Assembly: GCA_965228855.1 (NCBI GenBank)
Contig: CBDDIJ010000002.1
Coordinates: 1,216,001-1,280,000, forward strand
DNA from: Candidatus Obscuribacterales bacterium
GTDB taxonomy: Bacteria > Cyanobacteriota > Vampirovibrionia > Obscuribacterales > Obscuribacteraceae
Length of the DNA: 64,000 nucleotides
Direction of reading: 5' to 3'
The notes beneath the pieces were generated by a model, which was not told the origin of the DNA, ran no database searches, and saw only the letters and a program-made list of their open reading frames with translations. Position 1 is the first letter of the stretch, and each line of letters begins with the position of its first letter. Position numbers and translations under genes: made by a program. Below, piece by piece: positions 29,196 to 39,495 of the stretch.

Positions 29196-31378
29196 TTGGG
29201 ATTCTCATTCGACGGTTTATGCAGGGGAACTGTAAACCAGAAGCGGCTGCCGGAGCCCTCTTCGCTCTCCACTCCGATTGAGCCTCCATGCGCTTCAACA
29301 ATCGATTTGCAAATTGATAAACCTAAGCCGGTGCCTTTGCCACGCCGCCCATCGGCGGCTGACGTCTGAATGTATTGTTCAAAGATCGAGGCGCGCATAC
29401 TCTCCGGAATGCCTCTTCCTTTATCAATGATGCTGAATTCGACATGCTCCGCATACTCTTTGACCTTGAGCGAAACAGTTGAGTATCGGGGAGAAAATTT
29501 GATTGCGTTGCCGGTCAAGTTTACAATCACCTGCACGAGCCGTTCCTGGTCACCAAATATGGTGCTTGTCGATTCTTCGTGCTCCAGGGAGATTCCCTGT
29601 TGTTCGGCGTGGTCACTGATAGCTTCGACGGCGCCTCTCATCACGTCGTGAACTAGCACCGGTTTTAACGAACCTACCAGTCGACCTGCACCCAGCTTCT
29701 GGATGCTTAGTAGTTCATCGATCAGTCTCAACAAGCGTTCGATATTAGTGCAAACCCGAGCGAGTCTATCCAGCTTTTTCGATTCGAGGTTGTTTCTCTG
29801 CAGGAGAGCAGAGACTCTCATCCGAGTGTCGTTGAGCGGTTCGCGCAAGTTGCGACCGAGGATGTTGACGAAATCCGCTTTCATCGTTTCCAGCTTCACT
29901 CGTTCGCTTACATCGTCCAGAACAAGTAGGCGATCGCTGCTCTCCTGTTCTTCCAGGTTCGCGGAGGTTATTTCAACAGGTAGATTGTGACCGTCAGGTA
30001 GTTTCAACGAGCAGCGAGTTGTCAGTTTGGTCGGCTTTGATTCAAGAGCTTGTAGAAGATCTTCGCCAACACCGTCTTCGGCTTCCAGCACCGATAGCAC
30101 CGGTCTGAGGGTCAAGTCCTGACGATTTCGCCCAGTCATCCTTTCAGCTGTGGCATTGACCGATTGAATGAAACCATCTCGATTTATCGCGATCAATCCA
30201 ACCGGAATGTTTTCGGTAGCGTTGCGAACCTGCTCTTCCTGTGCGGCTAGCAGAGCCTCCATATTTTTCAGCTCAGTCATGTTGTGAACGAAGCAGAACA
30301 GCGACTCGGCCGTTGTCGACCAATAGACGGACCAGGTTGTATCTATGTGTTCCTCAGTGCCGGTTAAAACGAACGCTTCGAAATTTGATCGCTTACCGGA
30401 AGACATCAGTTGTTTAACTTCTGCAGATACTCTTTCTGCGTCTTCAGAGCGCAAGATTGAGCTGAAGTGTTTTCCGATCAGATAATCAGGTTCGTAATGC
30501 CATTGCGATCTGACAGAGGGGCTCAGCGATGTGAACATTCCATCCGAGTCGAGTTGGCAGATCACTTCCGAAGCATTTTCAACCAAAGCTGCTTCGTTAC
30601 GCCGTGCTGATTGAATTGCAGTTGTCATTTCGTGGAAAAGAGAGTCGATCATACCGATTTCATCGGTGTATGGAATGCGCTCATTCAGAGGTTCTTCTCT
30701 GGAAAATCGGTCGACATTGTCTGAGAGCGTCGCTACTCTCCCGGTGATTCTTTTGACTAAAACCATCGCGACGAAAACAGCACCAAAGAGATTTACGAGG
30801 GCAGCTGTGATGAGAACTACCTGTGCGTCGCTGAGTGCTTTCACTGTATCGGAGGGTTTTGATTGTTCGGTATTGCGGTATCGCTTGATCAATTCTTGAG
30901 ATAGTCGCGTGACGTTTGACGACAAACGGAACATAGTTTTATTGAACGTCTCAAACCCTTCCGGCGATTGACGGAATGTGGACTGCTGAGAATCGTAGTA
31001 ATTACAAGTTGCCGAAGCCGCGCGTTCTAACTCGTCAAGTTTGCGCTGTGATTCGGGATCGTTTTGCACCAGATCTTTAAGGCGAGTGATTTCGCGGTTT
31101 AGCTGACCCAGAAATCCGTGATAATCGGTTGAACTTTCGACGAATTGAAGTAATTCCGGTGGCGACGCGGAGCGAATCATAGCGATGCCTATCTTCTGCG
31201 AGATGTTGGCGAGATTATTGAGACCGACGGCTACTTCGCGGTCGTGTTGCTCCTGATCGAGTAGGTCTTTGGTTTTAAAAAGCAATCCTGCAAGCGTTCC
31301 AATGAACAAAAACTCGACGGCGAGTAACAGGCAAATGCCTATTAAACCTTGCTTCGTAATCGTGATTCTTCTGAGCAT
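29192..31378 (-). CDS. Sensor kinase-like protein (TM-sensor-TM-HAMP-2xPAS) lacking the phospho-His, with intact ATP-binding domain
   Basis: H-box position reads LGRNLREPL; NLTGNAIKFS, DKGRGI and GTGLGL are intact. Confidence 0.88.
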   Translation of the reverse strand: MLRRITITKQGLIGICLLLAVEFLFIGTLAGLLFKTKDLLDQEQHDREVAVGLNNLANISQKIGIAMIRSASPPELLQFVESSTDYHGFLGQLNREITRLKDLVQNDPESQRKLDELERAASATCNYYDSQQSTFRQSPEGFETFNKTMFRLSSNVTRLSQELIKRYRNTEQSKPSDTVKALSDAQVVLITAALVNLFGAVFVAMVLVKRITGRVATLSDNVDRFSREEPLNERIPYTDEIGMIDSLFHEMTTAIQSARRNEAALVENASEVICQLDSDGMFTSLSPSVRSQWHYEPDYLIGKHFSSILRSEDAERVSAEVKQLMSSGKRSNFEAFVLTGTEEHIDTTWSVYWSTTAESLFCFVHNMTELKNMEALLAAQEEQVRNATENIPVGLIAINRDGFIQSVNATAERMTGRNRQDLTLRPVLSVLEAEDGVGEDLLQALESKPTKLTTRCSLKLPDGHNLPVEITSANLEEQESSDRLLVLDDVSERVKLETMKADFVNILGRNLREPLNDTRMRVSALLQRNNLESKKLDRLARVCTNIERLLRLIDELLSIQKLGAGRLVGSLKPVLVHDVMRGAVEAISDHAEQQGISLEHEESTSTIFGDQERLVQVIVNLTGNAIKFSPRYSTVSLKVKEYAEHVEFSIIDKGRGIPESMRASIFEQYIQTSAADGRRGKGTGLGLSICKSIVEAHGGSIGVESEEGSGSRFWFTVPLHKPSNENPK

Positions 31379-31467
31379 CTAATCCGTTATATCGGTCTTT
31401 CTGCACGATGCGAAACTGTGGGAAAGCACAGAGAATTTGCCTGAGTAAACAATATCACAAGTATCGT

Positions 31468-31485
31468 CCGGAAATGCCCATCGGA
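31468..31485 (+). repeat. 18-bp direct repeat copy 1 (CCGGAAATGCCCATCGGA) in a hairpin
   Basis: Identical to 39407-39424; both copies are followed shortly by TTCTGG. Confidence 0.8.
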
Positions 31486-31577
31486 TGGCGTTTTCTGGAA
31501 CACGAATATTGTCGAAAAATCGTCCAAGCTCGATAGATACCCTTGGGTTCGTTTGCGGGTGAAGTTTCGCAGTTACT

Positions 31578-34500
31578 ATGGTGAAGAGCATGGGCATGAC
31601 AACAGGTTTAGACGTTCCGACTCCGATGGGCGGAGAAGATGGAGATAAGCAAAATCCCTGGGTGAATGAGGTTTTCTCTGCGCCGAAACCGGAACCGAAG
31701 CAAGCTGAACAGGCATCTACCCAAGCTGCAGGGGAAACTGCTGACGGCAAGAAAAACTTGTCGGGTCAACCCGAGGCACAGGAGCCTGTAGACGTTTCGA
31801 GAGCCGGTGCCGACGCGCCTGTTTCAAAGAATGAGAACGCGACAGCCGTCGAGGAACGGGCGGATAAAAGTGCGCAGTATGTCTCGCCGGATATGGGTCC
31901 TAAAGTTGATGGTCTGATTTCCGTCGAGCAGAATACTGTCAGAAAAGATGTTCTCGAAAAACTAAAAGGAGAAAAATCGAACGCAGCGAGAATCGAGCTT
32001 ATTGAAAGTCTCTTGAACGGCAAGCTCGATAATCAAACACGTCAAGAAATTCTTGCTCCTGAAGCCAATTCTGAGAGACGCAAAATTCTGGAAGACTTGA
32101 TGTCCGGAGAAAAACAGATCGAATTACGCTATCGCAACATGCGTGAGACGGTGATGAAAACGTTGCCCGACTACAAAGAATTTTTCCTGAGTGGAGACCG
32201 CGATCAAGAGCGCCAGTCTGTTTATCTTGCTTTGATAAAAGAAGATGGTGCAAGCAGTTCCAGAAAGTTGAAAGAGACGCTTGGTCTTGAAACCGACCCG
32301 AAGAGACAAGAGAAACTCAATTCATTGATTAATGATAACGGTGAGCTGGATCGTGTCTCAATAATCAAAGAGTTGATGAATAGTGAAACGGATGCGCGTA
32401 AGAAGCAGCTTTTGAGCGAGATCTTGAAGCATGAAACTAACATCAGTGCTTTTGGCAAGATGATTGACGAGCAGCCTTCTGAATCGTCGATTAAAACGGT
32501 CGCCGATATTTTTAGCGATAAAGAGCAAGCGGCGCGTTTGACTGAAATTGTGAAGACCACGAATGAAAGCCGCTCTCGATTGCTCGATCAGCTTGGTAAT
32601 CAGGCGGAGAAACCTGAGTTCAAAGCTGAAGTAGAGAAGCTCAAAACGGAGGAGCGCCCTGAAGAGCGCGTTAAAGTTCTCAACCAGCTTCTTTCTGATT
32701 GCACCGATGGTGCCACCCAAGGTCGGCTTCGTCAGCTGCTTTCACTGGAGAGAAAACTTGGAGTGATGTCAGACCTTCCTGCGGAGGAAACGCGACGAAA
32801 GGAATTGTATGCTGCGCTCGATAAGGTAAGCACTGGTGATTACGACTCCGTAATGAAGGCATATCCGCTTTGTGCCGAATGGCTCAAGAGTGCGGTGCCC
32901 GATGCTTTTGTAGAGGCGGGCTATCAAATGGGGATGGCGATTAAGCCTGGATGTCCGCTCAAGCTGCCGATCGAGCATGGTAGACCGATTCCGCCTCGTC
33001 TCATGGAGATGTATGCAAAAGAAGGGCGCATAAAGCTTGATATGGAGATGAGCGCTGAGAAGTTGCTCAATCCGTCGGAGAAGTTGGAGAATGTCGCAAA
33101 ATTGAAAAATGCTGTTGACTGGCTCTATCCGACTAAAGCCGAGATTCGAGAAGAGCAGCTTAAGTACGAAGCAAAGACTCTTGTTGATACCTTGAAGTTG
33201 AGTTTCGGACCTGAAGGTGTCGCGAAGTATGGTCCGGACGGAATACCAAAAGGTTGGATGCCGCCTGAAAAGGTGGAGGATATTCCAGCCTGGCGCGACC
33301 GCGTACTCAATGTCGTCAATCTCGGAAATCGTCTGCGCAATTATGCGCAGGCAATGAAAACAATCAGCGGTATTCAGGACGCCGATCAAGGTCTCGAAGA
33401 ACTCAAGCAGCTAGGTGTACAGTTTGAGTTCGGAAAGAATAATCAGTTGATCAAATTTGTTGTACCGCAACTCGATGGATTAGATTTGCGTTTGGGCATG
33501 CCGGCGAACGGCGCTCAGGTGAAGGGACTAGAATCCTGGCTGTCCAAGCACACTAAGGAAGTAGACAAAGCGCTCGATCCCTACAGGGACGCCATGGAGC
33601 AGTTGCTCGCCGACAAAAATCCCGGAGCGTTCTTGCGTCATGGTGATTTCCCTTTCAATGAAGGATTGCATAAAGACATTGGTGTACCCTATGACCTGAT
33701 CAGTCAGCGTGTCACCAAAGTCGAGCAGAAAGGTGGAAACATCGTTATCGAGGGAACGATTTCGTATCAAACATCGAGCTGGTACAGTTACAACTACTGG
33801 CTGGGATGTGAGCCCGTTTCCCGCAATATGAGCGACGCCGATTTCAGACGATTAAATGGTATCGCTCCTGGTGTGGAGCCTAAAGAGGGCGAGAAGTACA
33901 AAATTACTGGTGCTGACGGCAAAGAGCACGCGGGTTGGACCTTCCGTGGTAAGAATCCGGATGGCACTCTGAAGTTCGATCACGAGGAAACATTCCGGAT
34001 CGAAAAGCCTGCGAGTGAGTATTTCCCGGCAATGTCGGCAATGGGCAACATTCAACTGATCAAAGGTGACGATGTAAATCGATGGCTGTACGGTGCGAAG
34101 ATAGACAGCGTAAATCCGGCTAACTGGGAGCTTCCTCAAGTGGGCTTCTGGCACCACGGTTTGAAATACGGCAAGCTGGTGATGGATGTGGGTCTCACCG
34201 TATATGGTGGCGCCGGTATCGCTGCCAGAGGCGCCAGCTGGGGAGCGCGGGCTATGTCGCTCGGGCGTGTAGCTGTTGGGACGGCCGGATTGACTCATCA
34301 CATTATCGACACGAAATTGCCTAAAGAATGGCGCGACGGAATTCACATGGCGAGCCATGCGTTCATTCTTGCAGATGTTGGTCTCGGGCTTGGTGTCGGA
34401 ACTTTTAAGAAGGCGTTTGGTATAGGTGCGGCGGCGAAAGAATCGGCCAATTTGTTGAACACGCTCGGACACGGGGCCCTGGCAGTAGATGGTATCGCTA

Positions 34501-37500
34501 TCTTCGGTCCTGTGGTTGCGGCTGATATCAAAAATGTGGTGGACAATCACATGGGGTGGACCACGCAGCAAGTTCTCGAGCGTGCCTTGAACGACAGAGG
34601 GACGCCGGATCGTTTAGTGGCAAAAGAGGCTGATGACAAACCAGCCGCGTTCGATTTAAAAGATAGAGCAATCCGCGATTCAATGGATGTGATGGTGGAC
34701 CGGCTCGGTAAGACCGTCTTGACTGAAACTACGGACGAAGCAACTAAAGCGCGCGTTGAAAAACTGATAACAGACGGCAAGGCTGTGATGGGATTGGATC
34801 GCAATGATCCGAAGCGTCAGAAGTTCGTCGCCGACCTATCCAAGCTGTTTACTCCATCGGATGCAGCTGTTCTGTGGAACCACATCTCTAGCCAACCCGG
34901 CAAGTTCGAAGCGCAATTCCGCAGAGATGCGCAGGCAAAAGTCGGAGTCGATCAATCCACACCCAGCTCGCAGGAGAAACTTATAGCATCGGCACTGGCT
35001 CTCGTTCTTCAGGCTAACGAGAAGGGCGAATTGCCGGAGGCGGTTTTGAAGCGCGAGGTCGTGATCCCTGCACACAAGGAATATCGCGACGGCAAGCTGG
35101 TTGATGTTGCGCAATCGACGAAGGAAGTTTCCGTTTCCCGCGATGAGATTTCCGGTCTGGCTCAGCGCCTGGCTGAGACTTCGGAGTTACCGTCGATCAA
35201 GATGGCGGCCTCCAAAATGTTGTGGCGCATGGGTAAACTGGACCACAACGGACTTGCCGGAGTGCTTCTGGAAGTCGCTCAAAAGTCGAACAATCGTGAA
35301 CTGGCTGGTATGGCGTTAATCGACAATCAGGACGTCTCGCTTGGTTTTCTCCTCAATGATATTACTCATAGAGAAGTGGTGGCGGCGAGTGGCGGTTATG
35401 TTTCGTTGCAAGAATACCGCGCTAGAAATTATGGTTTAACTTCGGACGATCTGAAGCGGGATCTCAAAGCTCTCATCAGTGATGGCGCCAGAAGTGCCGA
35501 TGTTCGTGCGATGGCGACGGAACTTTTGATGGCAAATGACCTCGATAAGGTTGAAGATCGAAAGCGTGCTTTAGCAGATTGCGACCAACGCTGGCAGCGT
35601 CAACATTCCAGGGACGGCGGATACGCAGCTGATTTCGTGAAGTCGTTGAAATACCAGGCGCAGCAAGAAGTGACCGACAAGCCGGTCGAGCGTAAAGTCA
35701 AAGTGATGGAAAAGGGCGTTGAGAAGGAAGTCACGCTCTCACTGTCTCCGGAAGAAATAAAGCTGGAGAAGTTCCGAGCTTTGTCCGCACTTAAGAACAT
35801 CGGAGTCATCAAAGTCGACGGCGAAGATTACAGAATGCCGGCTGAACAACTTAATGGACAGTTCTTGAAGTGTCTATCTGCAAATAACATTGACCTCACC
35901 CTTGGTGTCATCAAAAATATCGATTTAGCCAAACTCAGTCAAGCGGAGCGTAAGCAATTACTTGGAGTGCTTGGTTGGCCGACTACGGAGCAGAGTGTTC
36001 AGGCTAAAGTTGAAGTGCTGAAAGCTGTGCGTGATATCGTTGGTGGTGACGCTGAGGTTGCAAGAGAAACGAAGTCGCGCCTCCTCGATATGCTGAATCC
36101 GGCGAGCACGCGACGCGGTTCGGAAGACTATTCGTGGGTTGGAGCGTATCCGGATTTGCACGCAGGTGCATTGACAGCGCTGGCTTCTTTTGGCTGCCAG
36201 TACCATACGGAGGCCGTCAAAGCAACGAACTTGTCCAGAGCCGATTTCGAGGCGAAGCTGGCACCTGGCGAGTCGAAAGAATTGATTCGCGGAAAGTATT
36301 ACCAGCTCAAAGAAGGTGATAGCACCGTCTGGTATCGTTATTCCGGAACTGCCCAGGATGGTTCGGAGCGCTTCATCAAACAAGGCGATCCGACTGTAGC
36401 AGTTCTGGTTCAACACCTCAAAGGCGGTGATCGAATCGGTTCTGCGCAGGTGAGATTGGCTGCCATTCAAGCTGCCGGTGATTTGCAAATTCCCGGTTTG
36501 CGGGAGTTGATGGTTGATGCAATCAAGCAGGAAACCGATCCGCGTGTTGCAAAACGCCTGCGCGAAGTGCGATTTCCGGAGGAACCTCCGCTGGATCCGA
36601 AATCTGATGCAAGCATCGACAAGTTGAACGAGTATATGACGCAGGTTCTGCAAAATAAGCAGTTCAGCGACCTCGATCATTACGGAAAGTGGATGAAGGC
36701 CACTTATCCGCTGCTGTTCGACCATAAATTTAAAGACGAGTTGAGTTCTGCAATCAAAGGTGTATACGGTGAAGGCTTCTTCAGTGGTGTTCCATTTATG
36801 TGGGACAAGACGTTCGGTTCTAAGTCTCCTGATCAATACTGGGATGAGGCGGTAAAAGGCGTCGACGACCGATATGAGGCGGATCTGAAGAAGCTAATCG
36901 ACGGCGCTAAGAGTTCGCCTGATGCAGCGACGCGGGAAAACTCGATTATGTCGCTACTCTTCATCATCACCACCCGTGGTGCCGGTACCGCGGCTACCGA
37001 CAGTCAAGGGATGCCGTTCCGTTGGAAGGACGTCACCATTGCTAGATCTGTCGTCGCATTCAGCGAGATGGCTGACAAGGGTGCTAAGGAAAGAGGTGGT
37101 GCGGCTAAGTGGGCGGTCGAAAAGCTGCTTACGCAACAACCTGACCTTCATCCCGATTACAAGCAAGTTCTGCTTACCGCCGCGATCAAGATGGCGAAAG
37201 CGGACGAGGGGCAGACCGGCGACCAGGCGATGACCAAAGAGCATCTTTCCAAAGTTCTTTATCTCGCGCTCAAGGCGACCGCCGGCTTTCCCAAGCCTGC
37301 TGATAGCGAACGATACAACAAGGAAGTCGAGTACCACAAAGACCTGATCTATTACATGACAGCGATGTGTCGTGACGCCGGTGCCACCGAATTGCTCGAA
37401 GCTGTCGCCAAGGAGCATCCGGCAAAGGAAGTTCGTGAGCAAGCGGAGTGGGGCGTTCGATTCATGCGTGATGGAATCAGCCGAAATCTGAATGACGCGT

Positions 37501-39305
37501 TCAAGAATCCCGACACTCTCTCGACCGCCAGTCAGCGTCGCGATGCGATTCTGTCTAACCTGACGAATCCGGAAAAATCGACTGAGGAGGTTGTGCGCGC
37601 GATTGCCAAGGCGGTTGCGGGTTACGACTGGAGAAAGCCGGAGAATGCCGGAGCTAACAACGAGGCGATGAGATCTGCTCTGAGAAAGGCGATGAGCGAT
37701 CCGCGCGTTCGCGTCAAGATGGTGGCAAGCACGTTTTTATTAGAAACCGGAGATGGATTCGATATTGCGCTGGCTGCAGAAACTTTGCAAACCATCTCAA
37801 CGACGCCTTACAAATACGGAAGCAGTGATCGCGAATTGAAGTACTACAAGATCGAAGCCGACGAAGTGATGAACAGATTTTTGAAGGGCATCGAGAAGGC
37901 CCCGAAGGAGATTCGAGACAATCGTGTTGCGCTGGTTGAGCGTGGCAAGGAGCTCTCGCGCGACAAGCAAGATGGTGTGATGGCGTATTCGTTTATCCAT
38001 CCGGACAACAAATCGCTCGCGAGTGCGCAGCAAGAACTGGAAAGTGTGTTGGAGAGTCCCAACTCAAACGAAATCGATATAGTCAAAGCCCTCTTCTATG
38101 CAAATGGAAAACATCAGGATCGCGTACTTGCGCCAACCGAGCCTCTTCTGGGCTTATACAGAACGGCACTGGAACATCGCAGCGAAAAGGTGCGTGCAGC
38201 TGCTGCCGAATGCATTATCCGATCTGCAACGAGCGAAGCAGATTTGTTGAAGGCTACCGGAGTGCTGAAAGAGGTTGTCGAGAAAAGTGGCAATGTTCAG
38301 TTGAAAAAGGAAGCGAGCGCACGCTTAAGTAGAGTCGCAGACTTTAGTAATTTCGATGTGAGTGGTGTAACTGCCGCTGCTGATGCGACTCTTCCGTCGG
38401 CAGATCAGGCGAAAACCCTTGCTTCTGTTTCCACTTTGCTCAAAGATGGAAAAGAGGACCAGGTGCTGCAGGCCGCGAAAGAGGTACTTTCCATCCGCTC
38501 CAACGGAATGCTGAAGTCCGATGATCCGGCTCTAAATGTTTTGCGCGACGCGCTAAACAGCAAGTATGCAATTCTGCAACTTGCAGCTGCAGTGCGTCTT
38601 GTAGAACAAAGTCCGAACGCAGCAGATTTGAAACGAGTCGCAGATAGGCTTGTTGATCTACAGAAATCCAATCTTCCTCAGGTTTTTCGCAAGGACGCGG
38701 CGAATATATTGAAGAAACTGTCCGACTCAAATTTGGAAAACGCAAAGATGGTCAGTGAAGTTCAAGCCGCAGCCGATAAGAGTCTTGGAATGATAATCGA
38801 CGTGGTCAGGGACTTACCGGCGCAAACAAACGGCGACCTGAAAGTCAACGCGGAAAAACTTGCAACGCTTCTCGCCGCTGCTAAAGATGCTCCGAGTAAG
38901 CGCAGTTCAGACGATGCAATTAAATCGATATACAGTAATGCTCTGAACGCTGCTACATGGGGCGCAAATAGTGAAGTTACTGCTCAAATTCGTGATGCTG
39001 CTTTGTCCCATCCGGACGAGCGTGTGCGTCTGACGGCGGCATGGATGCTCGCTCAAGTCGCTCCTGGACAGGATGATGCATCGACCGGTTATATGGTGCT
39101 TGCAAAGCTGGCTGAGCAGTCCAAAGATAATGCGGTGAAAATTGAGTCGATGGACATTCTGAATGCTGTGATCGGCGGACAACAGCAAATTATCGACAGC
39201 ACTGACGCGGCGGTGACAATTCAGCAAAAGACGCGTGCGCGCTGGGCTCTTGGTGAGATTGCGCGTCATCGTGATGCCATAATCAAAGCAGCGTCGATGA
39301 AGTGA
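31578..39305 (+). CDS. Giant (2575 aa) helical protein with a central Gly-rich hydrophobic region and C-terminal HEAT-like repeats
   Basis: Uninterrupted 7.7-kb ORF; LR.AL.....RV...AA..L repeats in the C-terminal part; no signal peptide. Confidence 0.85.
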   Translation: MVKSMGMTTGLDVPTPMGGEDGDKQNPWVNEVFSAPKPEPKQAEQASTQAAGETADGKKNLSGQPEAQEPVDVSRAGADAPVSKNENATAVEERADKSAQYVSPDMGPKVDGLISVEQNTVRKDVLEKLKGEKSNAARIELIESLLNGKLDNQTRQEILAPEANSERRKILEDLMSGEKQIELRYRNMRETVMKTLPDYKEFFLSGDRDQERQSVYLALIKEDGASSSRKLKETLGLETDPKRQEKLNSLINDNGELDRVSIIKELMNSETDARKKQLLSEILKHETNISAFGKMIDEQPSESSIKTVADIFSDKEQAARLTEIVKTTNESRSRLLDQLGNQAEKPEFKAEVEKLKTEERPEERVKVLNQLLSDCTDGATQGRLRQLLSLERKLGVMSDLPAEETRRKELYAALDKVSTGDYDSVMKAYPLCAEWLKSAVPDAFVEAGYQMGMAIKPGCPLKLPIEHGRPIPPRLMEMYAKEGRIKLDMEMSAEKLLNPSEKLENVAKLKNAVDWLYPTKAEIREEQLKYEAKTLVDTLKLSFGPEGVAKYGPDGIPKGWMPPEKVEDIPAWRDRVLNVVNLGNRLRNYAQAMKTISGIQDADQGLEELKQLGVQFEFGKNNQLIKFVVPQLDGLDLRLGMPANGAQVKGLESWLSKHTKEVDKALDPYRDAMEQLLADKNPGAFLRHGDFPFNEGLHKDIGVPYDLISQRVTKVEQKGGNIVIEGTISYQTSSWYSYNYWLGCEPVSRNMSDADFRRLNGIAPGVEPKEGEKYKITGADGKEHAGWTFRGKNPDGTLKFDHEETFRIEKPASEYFPAMSAMGNIQLIKGDDVNRWLYGAKIDSVNPANWELPQVGFWHHGLKYGKLVMDVGLTVYGGAGIAARGASWGARAMSLGRVAVGTAGLTHHIIDTKLPKEWRDGIHMASHAFILADVGLGLGVGTFKKAFGIGAAAKESANLLNTLGHGALAVDGIAIFGPVVAADIKNVVDNHMGWTTQQVLERALNDRGTPDRLVAKEADDKPAAFDLKDRAIRDSMDVMVDRLGKTVLTETTDEATKARVEKLITDGKAVMGLDRNDPKRQKFVADLSKLFTPSDAAVLWNHISSQPGKFEAQFRRDAQAKVGVDQSTPSSQEKLIASALALVLQANEKGELPEAVLKREVVIPAHKEYRDGKLVDVAQSTKEVSVSRDEISGLAQRLAETSELPSIKMAASKMLWRMGKLDHNGLAGVLLEVAQKSNNRELAGMALIDNQDVSLGFLLNDITHREVVAASGGYVSLQEYRARNYGLTSDDLKRDLKALISDGARSADVRAMATELLMANDLDKVEDRKRALADCDQRWQRQHSRDGGYAADFVKSLKYQAQQEVTDKPVERKVKVMEKGVEKEVTLSLSPEEIKLEKFRALSALKNIGVIKVDGEDYRMPAEQLNGQFLKCLSANNIDLTLGVIKNIDLAKLSQAERKQLLGVLGWPTTEQSVQAKVEVLKAVRDIVGGDAEVARETKSRLLDMLNPASTRRGSEDYSWVGAYPDLHAGALTALASFGCQYHTEAVKATNLSRADFEAKLAPGESKELIRGKYYQLKEGDSTVWYRYSGTAQDGSERFIKQGDPTVAVLVQHLKGGDRIGSAQVRLAAIQAAGDLQIPGLRELMVDAIKQETDPRVAKRLREVRFPEEPPLDPKSDASIDKLNEYMTQVLQNKQFSDLDHYGKWMKATYPLLFDHKFKDELSSAIKGVYGEGFFSGVPFMWDKTFGSKSPDQYWDEAVKGVDDRYEADLKKLIDGAKSSPDAATRENSIMSLLFIITTRGAGTAATDSQGMPFRWKDVTIARSVVAFSEMADKGAKERGGAAKWAVEKLLTQQPDLHPDYKQVLLTAAIKMAKADEGQTGDQAMTKEHLSKVLYLALKATAGFPKPADSERYNKEVEYHKDLIYYMTAMCRDAGATELLEAVAKEHPAKEVREQAEWGVRFMRDGISRNLNDAFKNPDTLSTASQRRDAILSNLTNPEKSTEEVVRAIAKAVAGYDWRKPENAGANNEAMRSALRKAMSDPRVRVKMVASTFLLETGDGFDIALAAETLQTISTTPYKYGSSDRELKYYKIEADEVMNRFLKGIEKAPKEIRDNRVALVERGKELSRDKQDGVMAYSFIHPDNKSLASAQQELESVLESPNSNEIDIVKALFYANGKHQDRVLAPTEPLLGLYRTALEHRSEKVRAAAAECIIRSATSEADLLKATGVLKEVVEKSGNVQLKKEASARLSRVADFSNFDVSGVTAAADATLPSADQAKTLASVSTLLKDGKEDQVLQAAKEVLSIRSNGMLKSDDPALNVLRDALNSKYAILQLAAAVRLVEQSPNAADLKRVADRLVDLQKSNLPQVFRKDAANILKKLSDSNLENAKMVSEVQAAADKSLGMIIDVVRDLPAQTNGDLKVNAEKLATLLAAAKDAPSKRSSDDAIKSIYSNALNAATWGANSEVTAQIRDAALSHPDERVRLTAAWMLAQVAPGQDDASTGYMVLAKLAEQSKDNAVKIESMDILNAVIGGQQQIIDSTDAAVTIQQKTRARWALGEIARHRDAIIKAASMK

Positions 39306-39346
39306 ATACGCTCGGGTCATGAAGGTCTTTTTGCGATGTTAGGTTA

Positions 39347-39365
39347 GTTCCCCTAATAGGGGAAC
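39347..39365. other. Perfect inverted repeat GTTCCCCTA-A-TAGGGGAAC
   Basis: Seen directly, about 40 nt after the giant gene stop, between convergent genes. Confidence 0.6.
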
Positions 39366-39406
39366 AGAAATACTAGGTCTTCGGGATCGGAACAGCGGTC
39401 AAAATC

Positions 39407-39424
39407 CCGGAAATGCCCATCGGA
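39407..39424 (+). repeat. 18-bp direct repeat copy 2
   Basis: Identical to 31468-31485. Confidence 0.8.
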
Positions 39425-39495
39425 ACGTGATTCTGGCGAATTCCCCTATTGGCGGACATTCTTGAACGAGTTCGTTTGAGGTATAGATACGTCGG

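Noticed and set aside
31468..39424. Calling the repeat-flanked giant gene a mobile element or integron cassette
   Set aside because: No integrase or transposase in the window and no clear attC core sites; reported only as a repeat.
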